From Escherichia coli (lineage in GTDB: Bacteria > Pseudomonadota > Gammaproteobacteria > Enterobacterales > Enterobacteriaceae), in NCBI RefSeq assembly GCF_044324875.1, contig NZ_CP172185.1: 64,000 nt of DNA. One strand, written 5' to 3'. Position numbers and translations under genes: made by a program. Below the pieces are notes generated by a model. It made no database searches, was not told the origin of the DNA, and saw only the letters and a program-made list of their open reading frames with translations. This document shows, piece after piece, positions 10,955 through 22,562 of this stretch (positions within the stretch are counted from its first letter, which is position 1; each line of letters starts with the position of its first letter).

Positions 10955-11560
10955 TCAGGCAATACGCACGCTCTCAGGCATACCTACTTTCGTGATTTTA
11001 TTCAGCGCTAGCGCCATGACCATACCCTCTGCAACCTGACCATCGTAGTCACGCAGCGTCAGTGAACCTCCGAACAACTGTTTTACCCGGTACATCGCTG
11101 TTTCCGCTATCGAACGACGGTTATAATCTGTTGTCCATTTACACCGGGCATTACTTCCGGTCAGCCGCTGATTAGCCACTGCACGGTTACGGTCTTCGTA
11201 TTCACCGGGCTAGTAACCCGCACCTTTTCGGGAAGGGGTAAGCGCGCTGATTTTCTTACGCCTCAGTTCATCGTGACAGAGTCGGGGGTCGTAAGCCCCG
11301 TCTACCGCTGCAGCCATGATTTTTCTGTGAGTCTGTTGGAGAAGCCCCGGGAAGGCTTCTGAGTCCGTGACGTTGTTCAGCGACAGGTCTGCACAGACAA
11401 TTTCATGTGTGTTGCCATCAACAGACAGATGCGACGCCCCTCTTTGCCGTGCTTTTTGGCTTTCCTTTCGCCTTCCCCAAAGACTTTTAGCCCGTTGGAA
11501 TCAATCACGAGGTGTATGATTTCACCCCGGGTGGGGATTTATGTATAAGAAACAGCGTAT
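10955..11560 (-). pseudogene. DDE transposase remnant (IS5/IS4-like), several frameshifts and an in-frame TAG
   Basis: Frames read ...LHLAVDSNTHEIVCADLSLNN... and ...RDYDGQVAEGMVMALALNKITKVGMPESVRIA; GAGY*PGEY amber at about 11210. Confidence 0.45.
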
Positions 11561-11689
11561 TCGTGAGGGGTGAGCCATGAATAAAATCCCTTTTGAAGTA
11601 TTAATCCACTCTGAAAATGCATTAATCTGCGCAAAGGAAATGGACGCGTTATTAATTAAGTTAATTGATATTCCGGAAAGTGGCGATAA

Positions 11690-11989
11690 AACATATTCGA
11701 TGACGGACAGGCGACAATGTGGTTATCTGTGCTGGCGTTTGGCAGACAGGCCGAAGCACTGGCCAGACACCAGAAAGGCGAACTGGTAAGCGTGGCAGGT
11801 AACATGCAGGTCAGCCAGTGGACAGGGCAGAACGGGAAAACGCGGCAGGGACGGCAGGTTATCGCAGACAGCGTAATCAGTACTCAAACGGTGCGGCCAG
11901 GAGGAAGCAGACGCGAAACCACAGGTACACAGGGTAATCAGCCACCAACGGGAGGCGACGCCACTTACGGAGATGATATACCCTTATGA
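11690..11989 (+). pseudogene. Single-stranded DNA-binding protein, C-terminal fragment only
   Basis: ...MWLSVLAFGRQAEALARHQKGELVSVAGNMQVSQWTGQNGKTRQG...DDIPL parallels the SSB C-terminal half including the acidic DDIPF-like tail; no N-terminal OB-fold part. Confidence 0.5.
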
Positions 11990-12006
11990 ATTAAGCGGGG
12001 CGCAAC

Positions 12007-12327
12007 ATGAACAACAGCACACTGAAGAGCCGGACAATAAGCGACGCGACAGCGGAAGAACTCGAGAGCAGGGGACTGTGGCGACGTGCTGCCAGAAGGT
12101 GGCAGGATGTGATGATTACTCTTGAGAAAGACAGTCACAGACAGCTTGCAGTAATGAGAGCAAGGGAATGTATCAGGAAGGCAAAACGCCCGATACCTGA
12201 AAGCCGTATTGATATTCATACAGTCAGAAAGGCCGCAGACAGGACAATACAAAAAATGGGGCTACCGTCGCTTACTGATGAAATATGGCGCGATTACCCT
12301 GATAGCGTTAACGATGACGGTTATTAA
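12007..12327 (+). CDS. PerC-family transcriptional activator
   Basis: 106 aa; motif AEELESRGLWRRAARRWQDVM typical of PerC/Pch proteins; later KMGLP motif. Confidence 0.55.
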   Translation: MNNSTLKSRTISDATAEELESRGLWRRAARRWQDVMITLEKDSHRQLAVMRARECIRKAKRPIPESRIDIHTVRKAADRTIQKMGLPSLTDEIWRDYPDSVNDDGY

Positions 12328-12610
12328 CTGGCGGGGGAAACACGATACCAGCGGGCGTGACTCGGGAGAATATATACCGCTGGTGGAACATTACCAGCCC
12401 TGATGGCTGGTGGCGTGCGTTACGACCTGAAAGACCATCCATGCGGGAAGGTGACACAGGAGCACCTGGCGAACGCGGGGAAGCGACTGGATGAGATTAA
12501 GAAAAAACAGCAGGAGCGCAGAAAAAGTAACCGTCTCATTAAAACGTCTTTCGCCTCCCTTTCCTGTTTCCTATGCTAATGTCCATTTTCGCAGTAAAAG
12601 GACATTTACG

Positions 12611-12859
12611 ATGAATGCACGAAAGGCGGTACTGGCAGATAATCCGGAATTGATCCTGCGTTTGCTACAACTGAAATTTGACGAGACACTGTCGTACCCG
12701 CGCATTTCTGCACAGACCGGTGTCAGCAAAACCGCTATTTTTTCTCTGGTGAGGCGATTTCATCAGGTATTCACTGACGGGCATCTTTCTGGTGAATATT
12801 CCTGCGTGCAACTGACCGGGCTCTTTTCCCGGGGCGATAATATTCAGCCCCGACAGTGA
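12611..12859 (+). pseudogene. IS21-family IstA N-terminal HTH fragment
   Basis: MNARKAVLADNPELILRLLQLKFDETLSYPRISAQTGVSKTAIFSLVRRF resembles the N-terminus of the IstA at 16595..18130. Confidence 0.35.
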
Positions 12860-13090
12860 CTCAGCCTGTAAAAACAGAGAAAACCCGTCGGAACCGATTT
12901 TCACCAGAGTAAAAATGGAGACTTGTTCAGCAAACTCTTTTACCCGGAGCCTGTGTGGCCCAGATTGCACGAGAGTCTGGCATCAATGATAATGTTATTT
13001 TCAAATGGCTCAGACTCTGGCAAAACGAAGGGCGTGTTTCGCGGCGTCTTCCGGTAACAACCACTTCTGACGCAGGCGTTGAATTATTAC
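12860..13090 (+). pseudogene. Transposase HTH-subunit fragment (IS66/IS3-type)
   Basis: Frame reads ...FSPE*KWRLVQQTLLPGACVAQIARESGINDNVIFKWLR...; stop-interrupted. Confidence 0.3.
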
Positions 13091-13660
13091 CTATGGAGAT
13101 AACGCCGGATGAGCAGAAAGATCCGATGATTCCCCTACCGCCAGCTTTTCGCCTGCGCCGGTATACGTTTCTTTATCTTTGCCCTGCATCACCCACAGGC
13201 TGGCTCCGCCGATAATGGCGTTTTGTGGTGCATCTTTCGCGTCAGCGTCGTAAGGCATCATGCCTACGCCGTAGTTGAATTTGGCGTACTCGCGAATGTT
13301 GGCAAGAGAACCGGAAGAGGCGGTGGTCATCGCGCAATCACCTCTATAGAACTTCTCGGTGGATTCATCCTTACGCCCGACGTAGATGAAGTCGCCCTTC
13401 TTGTTCATCTCCTCGAGCATGACGATGTGTTTCACCTGCTCCGGCTTGTTGAACTCCAGCACCGCGTCCGTGGCGTCAAAACCGTTGTTTTTGCTGGCAA
13501 ACGGCAGACCGTTCCTGGCGCTAAAGTTTTCCAGTTGTATCCACCTCTTTGCCCATTTCCCCTTCCATAGAGTTCCAAAACGGAATGGTCGTCACTGCCT
13601 GTGCATTGCCCATTAACGCCAGTCCGAGCACCAGTGATGAAGCTGTATAATGTAACGGTT
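13091..13660 (-). pseudogene. ugpB: ugpB (sn-glycerol-3-phosphate ABC transporter binding protein) remnant with internal deletion and 3' truncation
   Basis: Signal peptide [30 protein letters not shown]... at the 5' end and ...[16 protein letters not shown]...[11 protein letters not shown]...[18 protein letters not shown] in ORF 13091..13462; about 160 codons missing between them; frames differ. Confidence 0.8.
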
Positions 13661-14419
13661 TCATCGTTTATCTCTCTTGCTTGTTGTACCTGATGTGCAA
13701 ATTCACTCGTTTTATGCTCGCGGGATTACATATCATGCCCGAATTGCAGAAAAATAACTTTTTATTACATGTGTAAGACAGTAAAACCTCAGAAAGATGA
13801 CAGTGTGGTGCCGGCGCGGGTGAGGAAAAATGGAAGATGGGGAATGTATAAGCGGGAAAATAGGAGGGCCTGTGGATTGTAGATAATGTGCTCATCGTTT
13901 TCATGCCGGATGAGACATAAACACTTTTATCTGAGCATTTCTATGTATTCGGACAGTTGTTCTTGGCATCCAATGGTGCAGGTTCTGTAGTGTGTGGTGG
14001 TAGCAATAGCCTCAGCTTCATTACAATATTTATTATCTCAAACATTCAAATGTCCTTGGCCCACTTTGATAGTCACTTTGTCGTGGTTATTATGTCTTTC
14101 CTTTTCCTAAAGCCCCATTATCTGTGCTGCAGCTTTCCCTCCATCAACGAACCAACAACCAGCAATGCCTGTCCCCCATAACAGCCCGGAAAATGGCACA
14201 TTCTCAGATGATTTATCCCGCGAGCTATCCCGCCTACAGCTAATCGACCTGTTTAATACATCTTGACAGTCTGCTGGCAAGGTTACCCTTCCCAATATTG
14301 TCCGTTTTTAACATATCTAATACGAGCCCCCATCAAATATGCTTCGTGTTCACTGTAAGTGACTAAAAGTGCTGTCTGCCCTGCCTCATGCAAAATATCA
14401 CGAACTTCACGGCTCAGTC

Positions 14420-14921
14420 CTACCCTTGTTTTTTATCCAAGCTGGAAAATGGTTCATCTAGCAACAGGATATCTGGATTTGGAACCAGTGACCTTGCAAG
14501 GGCAATACGTTGCTGCTGACCTCCTGAAAGTTCATGAGGATAGCTGTCTGAATAGTGGAATAAATCCACCATTTTCAACAGTTCTGTAACTCTGGTTCGC
14601 TGTACATCTCTCGGCAGTCTTCTCAGACCAAAGCCACGTTTTGTGAAACTGTAAGGTGGGGAAAGAGCGCATATTCCTGAAAGACTATACCGACATGACA
14701 TTTCTCCGGCGGAAAATGCATATCTGCGCTGGCCACACAATGCTGTGATACAAAAATTTCCCCTTGTTCAGGCGCTCAAAACCAGCTACAGCACGTAGTA
14801 CTGTTGTTTTTCCACAACCTGATGTACCAAGCAGACATGCCAGTTCACCTTTACAGACTGACATACCCCCCGCCCCGCAATACAGGATATGGGCTATTGG
14901 GATAAACAACATGGACATCAT
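14420..14921 (-). pseudogene. ABC transporter ATP-binding protein, frameshifted and truncated
   Basis: Walker A GTSGCGKTTVL in ORF 14685..14921; signature [13 protein letters not shown] and Walker B LLLDEP in ORF 14420..14740; different frames. Confidence 0.6.
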
Positions 14922-14951
14922 TAATACATAAAGCTGTTTCTTCAGACATAA

Positions 14952-15552
14952 TCAATCCTCTGATTTCAGTCTTTCAGCTGGAACAAACAAAATAACCGGA
15001 AATGTCCCTGCAAGAACAATCATTAAAGCAGAGATGGCCCCTTCTTCAAAAGTTCCACGGGCTGCTTCAGCATAAAGAAGTGTTACTGGCAGTTCTTTCA
15101 TCGCATCAGTGAAAACCAGCAGGGCACTGCTCACCAGAGCAACACAGGAAAGTGAACCCGAACAAAAGTTCCTGTACCATTTTCTCCCAGCAGACGTGAG
15201 GCTTGTTCCAGTGACGCTGGTATACGTCCCAGCCGGACATCAAGTGCGCCGATGGCTATTGCCTGAAATCGCATCGTACAGCAAATCACCAACAGGACAC
15301 CGACAGACATTAAAGGTAACCCCCTGTAATCCAGTAGTTCCGCCAGCCAGCGGTCATTTAGGGAGTCAGAAAACCAATCGCCAGAATCGTGCCCGGAAAG
15401 GCATAACCCAGCGACGCCCCTCTCATCACACCGCGCCTGAACAGTGGCATAGCGTTGAGGAATTCCGGGCATTCCAGACTACGAGCAGACTGACAAAAAT
15501 TACGACAAAGCGTTGAAGGAAGCCAGCGCGCGGACTGACAGGACTTTACCAT
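14952..15552 (-). pseudogene. ABC transporter permease remnant
   Basis: Hydrophobic ORFs 15358..15552, 15131..15472 and 14952..15134 in three frames, upstream of the ATPase remnant. Confidence 0.45.
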
Positions 15553-15822
15553 AAAAACACAGGCTAACCGCGCCTGCGTTTTTAATGACGGATGAAACAG
15601 AATCAGGTGCCGATTATGCCGCCGTCGGCTTTTACGATAACGACAGTTGAGGAGCGCGGACGACCAGCCTTATCGCCGTCAGGCCAGCTTGATACTGCCG
15701 TCGGATGCTGCGGATCGCTAAGCTGCGTATTCCGCTCTATTCGATCACGGATTGGCATCGAAGTCCGATCAGCGATTCGCATCCATTCGATCAACCGGGA
15801 ACTTAACTTTTTCTACCGCTTT

Positions 15823-16578
15823 TTAACGCGTTTTTTCGCTGCTTTCCACTACCGGGGGATTTTTCCTCAGTGACTCTCCCTGAAGGACCACTCGGTGTGA
15901 GTTATGTACCAGTCTGTCCAGGATGGCATCTGCTGTTGTTGGGTTCTCCATCAGACCATGCCATTTATCTACCGGGAACTGGCTTACCACTATCGTGCTG
16001 CTTTGTCCGTAACGATCCTCTATGAGCTCCAGAAGGTCATTACACTGGGCGTTACTTAACTGTTCCAGCCCCAGATCGTCCAGGATTAGAACCTGTATTT
16101 TTTGCAACTGTTTCAGATATTTCAGCCAGCTGCCATCAACACGTCCCTGAGCCAGTTGTTCCAGTAATCGCCCGGTTCTACAGTACCGGACGCTGTGTTT
16201 CTGTCGACATGCCTGTTCGCCCAGCGCATTGGCTATCCAGCTCTTGCCACATCCTGTCGGACCGGTTATCAGCAGGTTTTTCCTGTGGGTTATGTAGTGG
16301 CCGTTCAGCAGTTCTCTCATCTGTTCAGCCCGCAGACCTCTTGAGGCCGGATAGCGCAGCCCTTCCGGTGTTGCCTGGTATTTCAGGCCGGCATTTTTTC
16401 TCAACCGTGCCACACGGCTGTTTTCCCTGCTCAGAAGCTCGTCATCAACCAGCAGCGTCAGCCTTTCCTCGAACGACAGTTCGTCGTAGGTCTGAGGCGT
16501 TTCCCGCTGCCGTATCAGGCTCCCGGCCATCGCCGGGAGTTTCAGTTGGGTCAGTTTGTTTAACAGGTTATCACTCAT
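15823..16578 (-). CDS. IstB-like ATPase of the IS21-family element
   Basis: Walker A GPTGCGKS; likely start MSDNLLNKL at 16578 with AAGGAA RBS. Confidence 0.8.
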   Translation of the reverse strand: MSDNLLNKLTQLKLPAMAGSLIRQRETPQTYDELSFEERLTLLVDDELLSRENSRVARLRKNAGLKYQATPEGLRYPASRGLRAEQMRELLNGHYITHRKNLLITGPTGCGKSWIANALGEQACRQKHSVRYCRTGRLLEQLAQGRVDGSWLKYLKQLQKIQVLILDDLGLEQLSNAQCNDLLELIEDRYGQSSTIVVSQFPVDKWHGLMENPTTADAILDRLVHNSHRVVLQGESLRKNPPVVESSEKTR

Positions 16579-16594
16579 ACTGTTGTTCCTTCTG

Positions 16595-18130
16595 TCAGTG
16601 GTAGTAGCCCGGACCACGCAGGTTTTCATGCTCTGAAGCATATGCCGGATGTTGTTCGCCCTGGCGGGATAATGGAAGCTCCAGGTTCTCCCGATGGTGA
16701 CGCAGCAGATTGTCGATAAAGCGTCTGTCAGGGGCGTTATAGTGCAGGGCAACGTAACAGGCCTTTTCCAGCCGTTCCGGGCCGTATTTTTTCTGAAGTG
16801 CCAGCAGCCCCAGAACTGCACGATAAGCCAGTTCCGGATGGGGTTTTGCCTTCAGCATGGATTCAACCACCCGGCCTGTGGACGGGCCCGTACGTTTTCC
16901 CTGCTCGATCAGGCGTTCCGGTGTCCATGTCCCGTGCTGCCGGTGGCGCTCTGGCATGTGAAGCGGATTGGTTGTGTGTTTATATTCATGTGTGCTGCGC
17001 GGATGTTGCGCCACACACTGCCCCTTGTGCCAGAGCTGTACCACCGACTGCCCCGCCTTCAGTGACAGACGCTGACCGACCAGTTCGTGTGGAACGGAGT
17101 ACCAGTGACGGGCATATTCAACGTGGTAGTCAGGGCCAACCTTCACAGCTTTGTATTCCGTGTATTCATAAGGTGCCAGAGGCAGCGGAGAGAGTGCTGG
17201 CGCATCCAGTATGCGGAAGCGTTCTGCACGGGTTTGATTGCCGTACCCCTTCATTGGCCGGTTATTCATGTCTGTCAGTAACTCCCTAAGGCGCGCATTC
17301 AGCGCCCTGAGCGTGTGGAAGGTTTCATTACGGATGCGGGCAAGAAGCCATCGTTCAACGATGAGGACGCCGTTTTCTGCTTTTGGTTTATCTTTAGGTT
17401 TGCGTGGTCGGGCCGGGATGATAACCGTGCCATAGTGCTCAGCCAGTGCCTGATAACTGTCGTTGATGACAGGCTCATATCGATCGGCCTTTTTCACTGC
17501 GCTTCTGAGGTTATCGGGGATGAGCAGCTTCGGTACGCCGCCCAGGAAGGTCAGGCAACGGCTGTGGGCATTTAACCATGACATCATGTCCTGACCTTCG
17601 CACGCTTCAACGTAGGTATAGTTGGACGCCCCCATTACGGCCACGAAGATTGCCACGCGGCGTATCTCACCGGTGTCCGGATTAATAACAGGAACCGTAG
17701 GACCACAGAAGTCGATAAAAAGCTTTTCGCCGGCACGATGCTCCTGGCGCATGGAGAGACGTCGCGTTTTTTTCCACTCCCGGTAGCAACGGCAGAAGTG
17801 CGAGTATCCCATCGCTTTGTTACCCGCCTGTGCCTTGTATTCCATCCACAACAGTTGCCGCGTCACACCTGGTTTTCTCATTTCCGTATCGAAGTACAAC
17901 ATGTCAGGCATTACAAGCTCTGATGCAAAGGTGTCTTTGGGCGGAAAAATGAGTTTCTCCAGCGTGTCATGGGATATATCAGCAGGTAATGGCCATGACA
18001 GAGAAGAGGCTTTGAAGCGGGCAAGAACCTCAAAAACGGTTGAGGCGCTGATGTGTAACGTCAGTCCGATACAACGGTTAGTCAGCTTCTTGTCGAACTT
18101 GAGCTGAAGGATCTTAAAACAGGTTTCCAT
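16595..18130 (-). CDS. IstA-like DDE transposase of the IS21-family element
   Basis: 548 aa ORF; likely start METCFKILQ at 18130 with AGGAG RBS; N-terminal HTH and rve core. Confidence 0.8.
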   Translation of the reverse strand: METCFKILQLKFDKKLTNRCIGLTLHISASTVFEVLARFKASSLSWPLPADISHDTLEKLIFPPKDTFASELVMPDMLYFDTEMRKPGVTRQLLWMEYKAQAGNKAMGYSHFCRCYREWKKTRRLSMRQEHRAGEKLFIDFCGPTVPVINPDTGEIRRVAIFVAVMGASNYTYVEACEGQDMMSWLNAHSRCLTFLGGVPKLLIPDNLRSAVKKADRYEPVINDSYQALAEHYGTVIIPARPRKPKDKPKAENGVLIVERWLLARIRNETFHTLRALNARLRELLTDMNNRPMKGYGNQTRAERFRILDAPALSPLPLAPYEYTEYKAVKVGPDYHVEYARHWYSVPHELVGQRLSLKAGQSVVQLWHKGQCVAQHPRSTHEYKHTTNPLHMPERHRQHGTWTPERLIEQGKRTGPSTGRVVESMLKAKPHPELAYRAVLGLLALQKKYGPERLEKACYVALHYNAPDRRFIDNLLRHHRENLELPLSRQGEQHPAYASEHENLRGPGYYH

Positions 18131-18241
18131 AGTGCTCCTGGATTTTCTCTTTCTGGACATTGACGTCTCCACTGGTTTAAACACGGCAATGGAGACTGTG
18201 GTGAAAAGAGTTAATTCCCGGAGTGACTGGCAGGATGCCAA

Positions 18242-18365
18242 TCAATGATCGGAAGCATGCCAAATCGTGATCGATTGTGATGCCAAACTGTGATCGGAGA
18301 TGGATGCCAAATCATGATCGATTCGAATGCCAAACTGCGATCGATTCAGATGCCATTTTGCACTA
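18242..18365. repeat. Five tandem ~23-bp direct repeats (ATGCCAAAYYRTGATCGRWKNNN), terminal repeats of the IS21-family element
   Basis: Seen directly; inverted versions lie at the other IS end. Confidence 0.6.
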
Positions 18366-20227
18366 AGCCCTTCGCTTGGCTCGCCAGGGTGCTGGATGTT
18401 AATAAACAGCGTCCGGTTATCCGGAGTGAACGCGATGCCGGTGATTTCGCAGCCGCGCGGGCCGGTCAGGAAGCGGCGGAACTCATTGGTACCGGGAATC
18501 GTCGCCACCATCTGGTTGTTGCCCATGCCTTTGTAATCTTTAATATTTATGGTTGATGACGACACGTCGGTCTGGATCCATAGCACGCCGCGGTGATCGA
18601 AGCTCAGGCCATCGGCGCTGCCGAATTCCGCACCCTTCATGCTGCCTTTGGTTTCCGGTTTGTCTGTATCGGTGCGACCGCCCATCACAAGAATATCCCA
18701 GGCAAACTGCAGCGCGGTCGGGTCACCGTTATGCTCCAGCCAGTGAATGATGTGGCCGTAAACGTTTTTGGCGCGCGGGTTGGCCGCATCCACTGGCGCT
18801 TTTCCTTCCTTACCGCGATCGCTGTTGTTGGTGAGCGTGCAGTAAACGCTGCCGGCGTGATATGGATCGACCGCAATCCACTCCGGGCGGTCCATTTTAG
18901 TGGCCCCCACGGCGTCTGCCGCCAGACGGGTTTTAATCAACAGGTCGCCCTGGTTTTCAAACCCTTTACTGGCGTCGAGCCCATTTTGTCCGAACACCAG
19001 CGGTAGCCACTCGCCTTTGCCGTCGTCGTTAAATTTCGCCACGTACAGAGTGCCTTTTTCCAGCAGGTGCATGTTGGCTTTGCGATCCTGCGGGTTGAAT
19101 TTTCCTTCCGAGACAAATTTATATATGTATTCGAATTTCTGGTCATCGCCCATATAGACCACAACGCGGTTATCCGGGGCAATTGTCACCGCTGCGCCTT
19201 CGTGTTTGATGCGACCAAGCGCGGTGTGCTTGCGCGGCACTGAATGCGGATCGTATGGATCGATTTCCACCACCCAGCCGAAGCGGTTCGGCTCGTTCGG
19301 CGTGGCGTCGACGCTGAACCTTTTATCCACTTCGTTCCAGCGGTAAGAGTCGTCGCTCCCGCTGATACCGTAACGTTTTTCCAGCGGGTTCATCTCTGCT
19401 TTTTTTACGAAAATATCGGACCAGTTCTCTTCACACGTCAGATAGGTGCCCCACGGCGTAAATCCGTTGGCACAGTTCTGCATGGTGCCGAGAATGATTT
19501 CGCCTTTCGGATCGTCAACTGTTTGCATCAGTGGGTTATGCAGCGCCGGACCGGTGATTTTCATCGGCGTGTTAACGGTGATGCGGCGTGCGAACGATGA
19601 CGGGCGCACCACTTCCCAGCCCAGGGGCACTTTTTTTACTTCAATGACCGACACGCCCATCGCGTTCTGGCCTTTAAGAGCTTTATCGGCGCTCCAGTTG
19701 GCATCGCCATCTTTAAACAGTAGACCGTTATCGATGTATTCATGGTTTATGGCAAGCAGGCCGTGATCGGAGCTGTTCCCGCCCTGCGGCAGGCTAAACC
19801 ACGCCATGCCGTCGTGGTGCATCCCGGCCTGCGCCGCCTGTTCTTCCGTGGTGTTGCTACCGTCGGTTTTAAAAACCGGCAGATTTCCGGCAATCCCGGT
19901 GGCGTCGCCCCATTTGTAGAAGGGCTTCGCGATGTATCCTTCCGGCACGATAACGGTATCTTCCGTGGAAACCGGCAGGCTGGTGAAACCGAGCGTCGTC
20001 GCTTTGCCGAGGTTACCGCTTGCTTTGGAGACCACTTTCGCCAGCGCGTTTTCCTGTTTCAGCAGAAATGGGAACGCTGCCGCGGCACCGGCGACCGTGC
20101 CTGCCTGTAACAGACGGCGGCGTGACAAATAGACTTCCGCCACCTGCGAAAACGCGCGGTTATCGCTCGGGTTACTGATTTCTTCACTATGCTCACGTTT
20201 GAATAAAGTTTTTAACGGTCTGCCCAT
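18242..20227 (-). pseudogene. PhoX-type (DUF839) Tat-signal phosphatase, C-terminus replaced by the IS21-family end
   Basis: Twin-arginine motif LSRRRLLQAG; beta-propeller phosphatase-like body; the last ~40 codons of the ORF are encoded by the IS terminal repeats. Confidence 0.55.
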
Positions 20228-20649
20228 TGCGGTTTCCTTTCAAAAAATCGATTTCAAGGGGAATCATTTTTATGCACGTGAGTCTACGGAAAGATTGTTA
20301 CGGAAATATAACAATTGTCATAAAAAACCGGCGATAAAATCATCTATGGTCGGGACGCGGTTTCAGGTATGATGTGAGGCTAGAATTCTGAACGCTCTCT
20401 TTTGTTGAGCATATATGGACGTCCCAGATGAGGCAAGTACTGGTTCGATGCGGTTTGCGACCATATATCCGGCGTCGTTAGTAGGTTCAATGACCTGCGC
20501 CATGATGTTATCCGGGCCCTGTTTCCTAATCACTACACCGGTATTTGATTACCCAGGTCAACTTCAGACTGTTACAGGGGCGGTAGCCGTTATCTCATCA
20601 GTGAATGTAAACTCAGTTAAAAATATTTTCTATAACTTACTGTTTTTCT

Positions 20650-20859
20650 TTAATTCATCACAACGGCCTTCTGCATATTAAAATCAATACTATCGCTCAA
20701 AACACGCCAGATGATTCTTGTCAGCTTATTCGCCAGCGCACCAGTGGTTTTCAGGAACCCTCGACGGGCTTCCATCCTTTGCAGACAAATACTCAGACTG
20801 TCAGTGAGCTTTTTCACACAGCGCATTACAGACTGAAATGGCACACTGAATTTGGTCAC
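20650..20859 (-). pseudogene. IS110-family transposase C-terminal fragment
   Basis: ...TGALANKLTRIIWRVL motif. Confidence 0.4.
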
Positions 20860-20869
20860 CTGAACAGAG

Positions 20870-21606
<737 letters not shown>

Positions 21607-21612
21607 CTAGCT

Positions 21613-21649
<37 letters not shown>

Positions 21650-21988
21650 TAATTACACTGTGGGTTGACGCCGGAAGAATCAGAGAACAGATACCGTTCT
21701 TACTGTAAAACGTGGCTAATATTAATTGAGCACTGCAGTGTTCAGAGCACAAAGAAGAAAAAAGATGTGTGCGAATGCCTGTAATGTGTTAAAAGAATGT
21801 TCCGCGTTTCCGGTACGCTTTTCGTAACTAACAATGCAGGGTGACGTAACGCTGGTTGTGCCGGAAACGCGTCCCTCCCCCTATCTTTCCTGTTTGGATT
21901 TGCCCCTATATTTCTGGATTATCCGACAAAACCGGCGTGAAGTATTACTCTCGTCGCCCAGCACCATAAGGATAACGCCCATAAAATC

Positions 21989-22354
21989 ATGAAACTTTTC
22001 TTCCAGATTGGATACAATCAGGCCGTATCCCGTATTACAGGCTTATCACGTGTGACAGTCAGTCTCTGGGTGTGTTCAGGAACATTCCCTGAAATGTCAA
22101 CCCGGCCTCCAGAGCGAGGACTTCTGGCCCCATGGAGGGAGTGGTTAAAAGAGCAACGAGAAAGTGGTAACTTCGGCGCGTGGCTGCAAGGATGGCAGCT
22201 GATGCTGCGGCTATATGTGAGGCAATCAGCAGTCGCTGGAATAATGGGGGTTGTCGAAAGTCATGTAAATCGACTAAAAATGCTGAAAGGCCAGATGTAT
22301 GGTCGAGCCGGATTTGAACTACTCAGGCAGAGGGTCATGAGTCCACTGGCATGA
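21989..22354 (+). CDS. Hypothetical protein with possible HTH (AlpA/Cro-like) N-terminus
   Basis: 121 aa ORF; weak resemblance only. Confidence 0.25.
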   Translation: MKLFFQIGYNQAVSRITGLSRVTVSLWVCSGTFPEMSTRPPERGLLAPWREWLKEQRESGNFGAWLQGWQLMLRLYVRQSAVAGIMGVVESHVNRLKMLKGQMYGRAGFELLRQRVMSPLA

Positions 22355-22562
22355 AAATCTCCATCCAGGTTGCGTAAGAGCCACTTTTCATCCGTCGTCG
22401 ATATCTGGGATAGCCATAGTGAAATAAAAAGCTGTCTGAATTAAATTATTTTGCACATATATTTTAATCCTGCACTGAATTAAGAATGGGTAATCAGTGA
22501 CCGCTTGGACGGTCACTTTTAAGAGAAGGCATTAACAGAGAATGGTAAACAGGCTCAATATA

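Larger units (their letters stand above)
15735..18370 (-). mobile_element. IS21-family insertion sequence (istA + istB), distinct from IS21 and IS100
   Basis: IstA/IstB gene pair flanked by inverted arrays of ~23-bp repeats (18242..18365 and about 15740..15800). Confidence 0.7.

Noticed and set aside
11690-11989. Functional single-stranded DNA-binding protein
   Set aside because: Only the C-terminal half is present in frame; the upstream ORF 11577..11789 is unrelated to the SSB OB-fold.
16209-17575. Several 60-160 aa ORFs on the plus strand
   Set aside because: All are antisense to the IstA/IstB genes of the IS21-family element; no RBS or family resemblance.
18242-18365. Tandem ~23-bp repeats that could be mistaken for a short CRISPR array
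   Set aside because: No unique spacers between the units and no cas genes; the same repeat family is inverted at the other end of the IS21-family element, so these are transposase-binding terminal repeats.
21830-21880. ~13-bp inverted repeat (CGCGTTTCCGGTAC ... GTGCCGGAAACGCG)
   Set aside because: Could be a regulatory hairpin upstream of the ORF at 21989, but it is a single occurrence with no supporting context.
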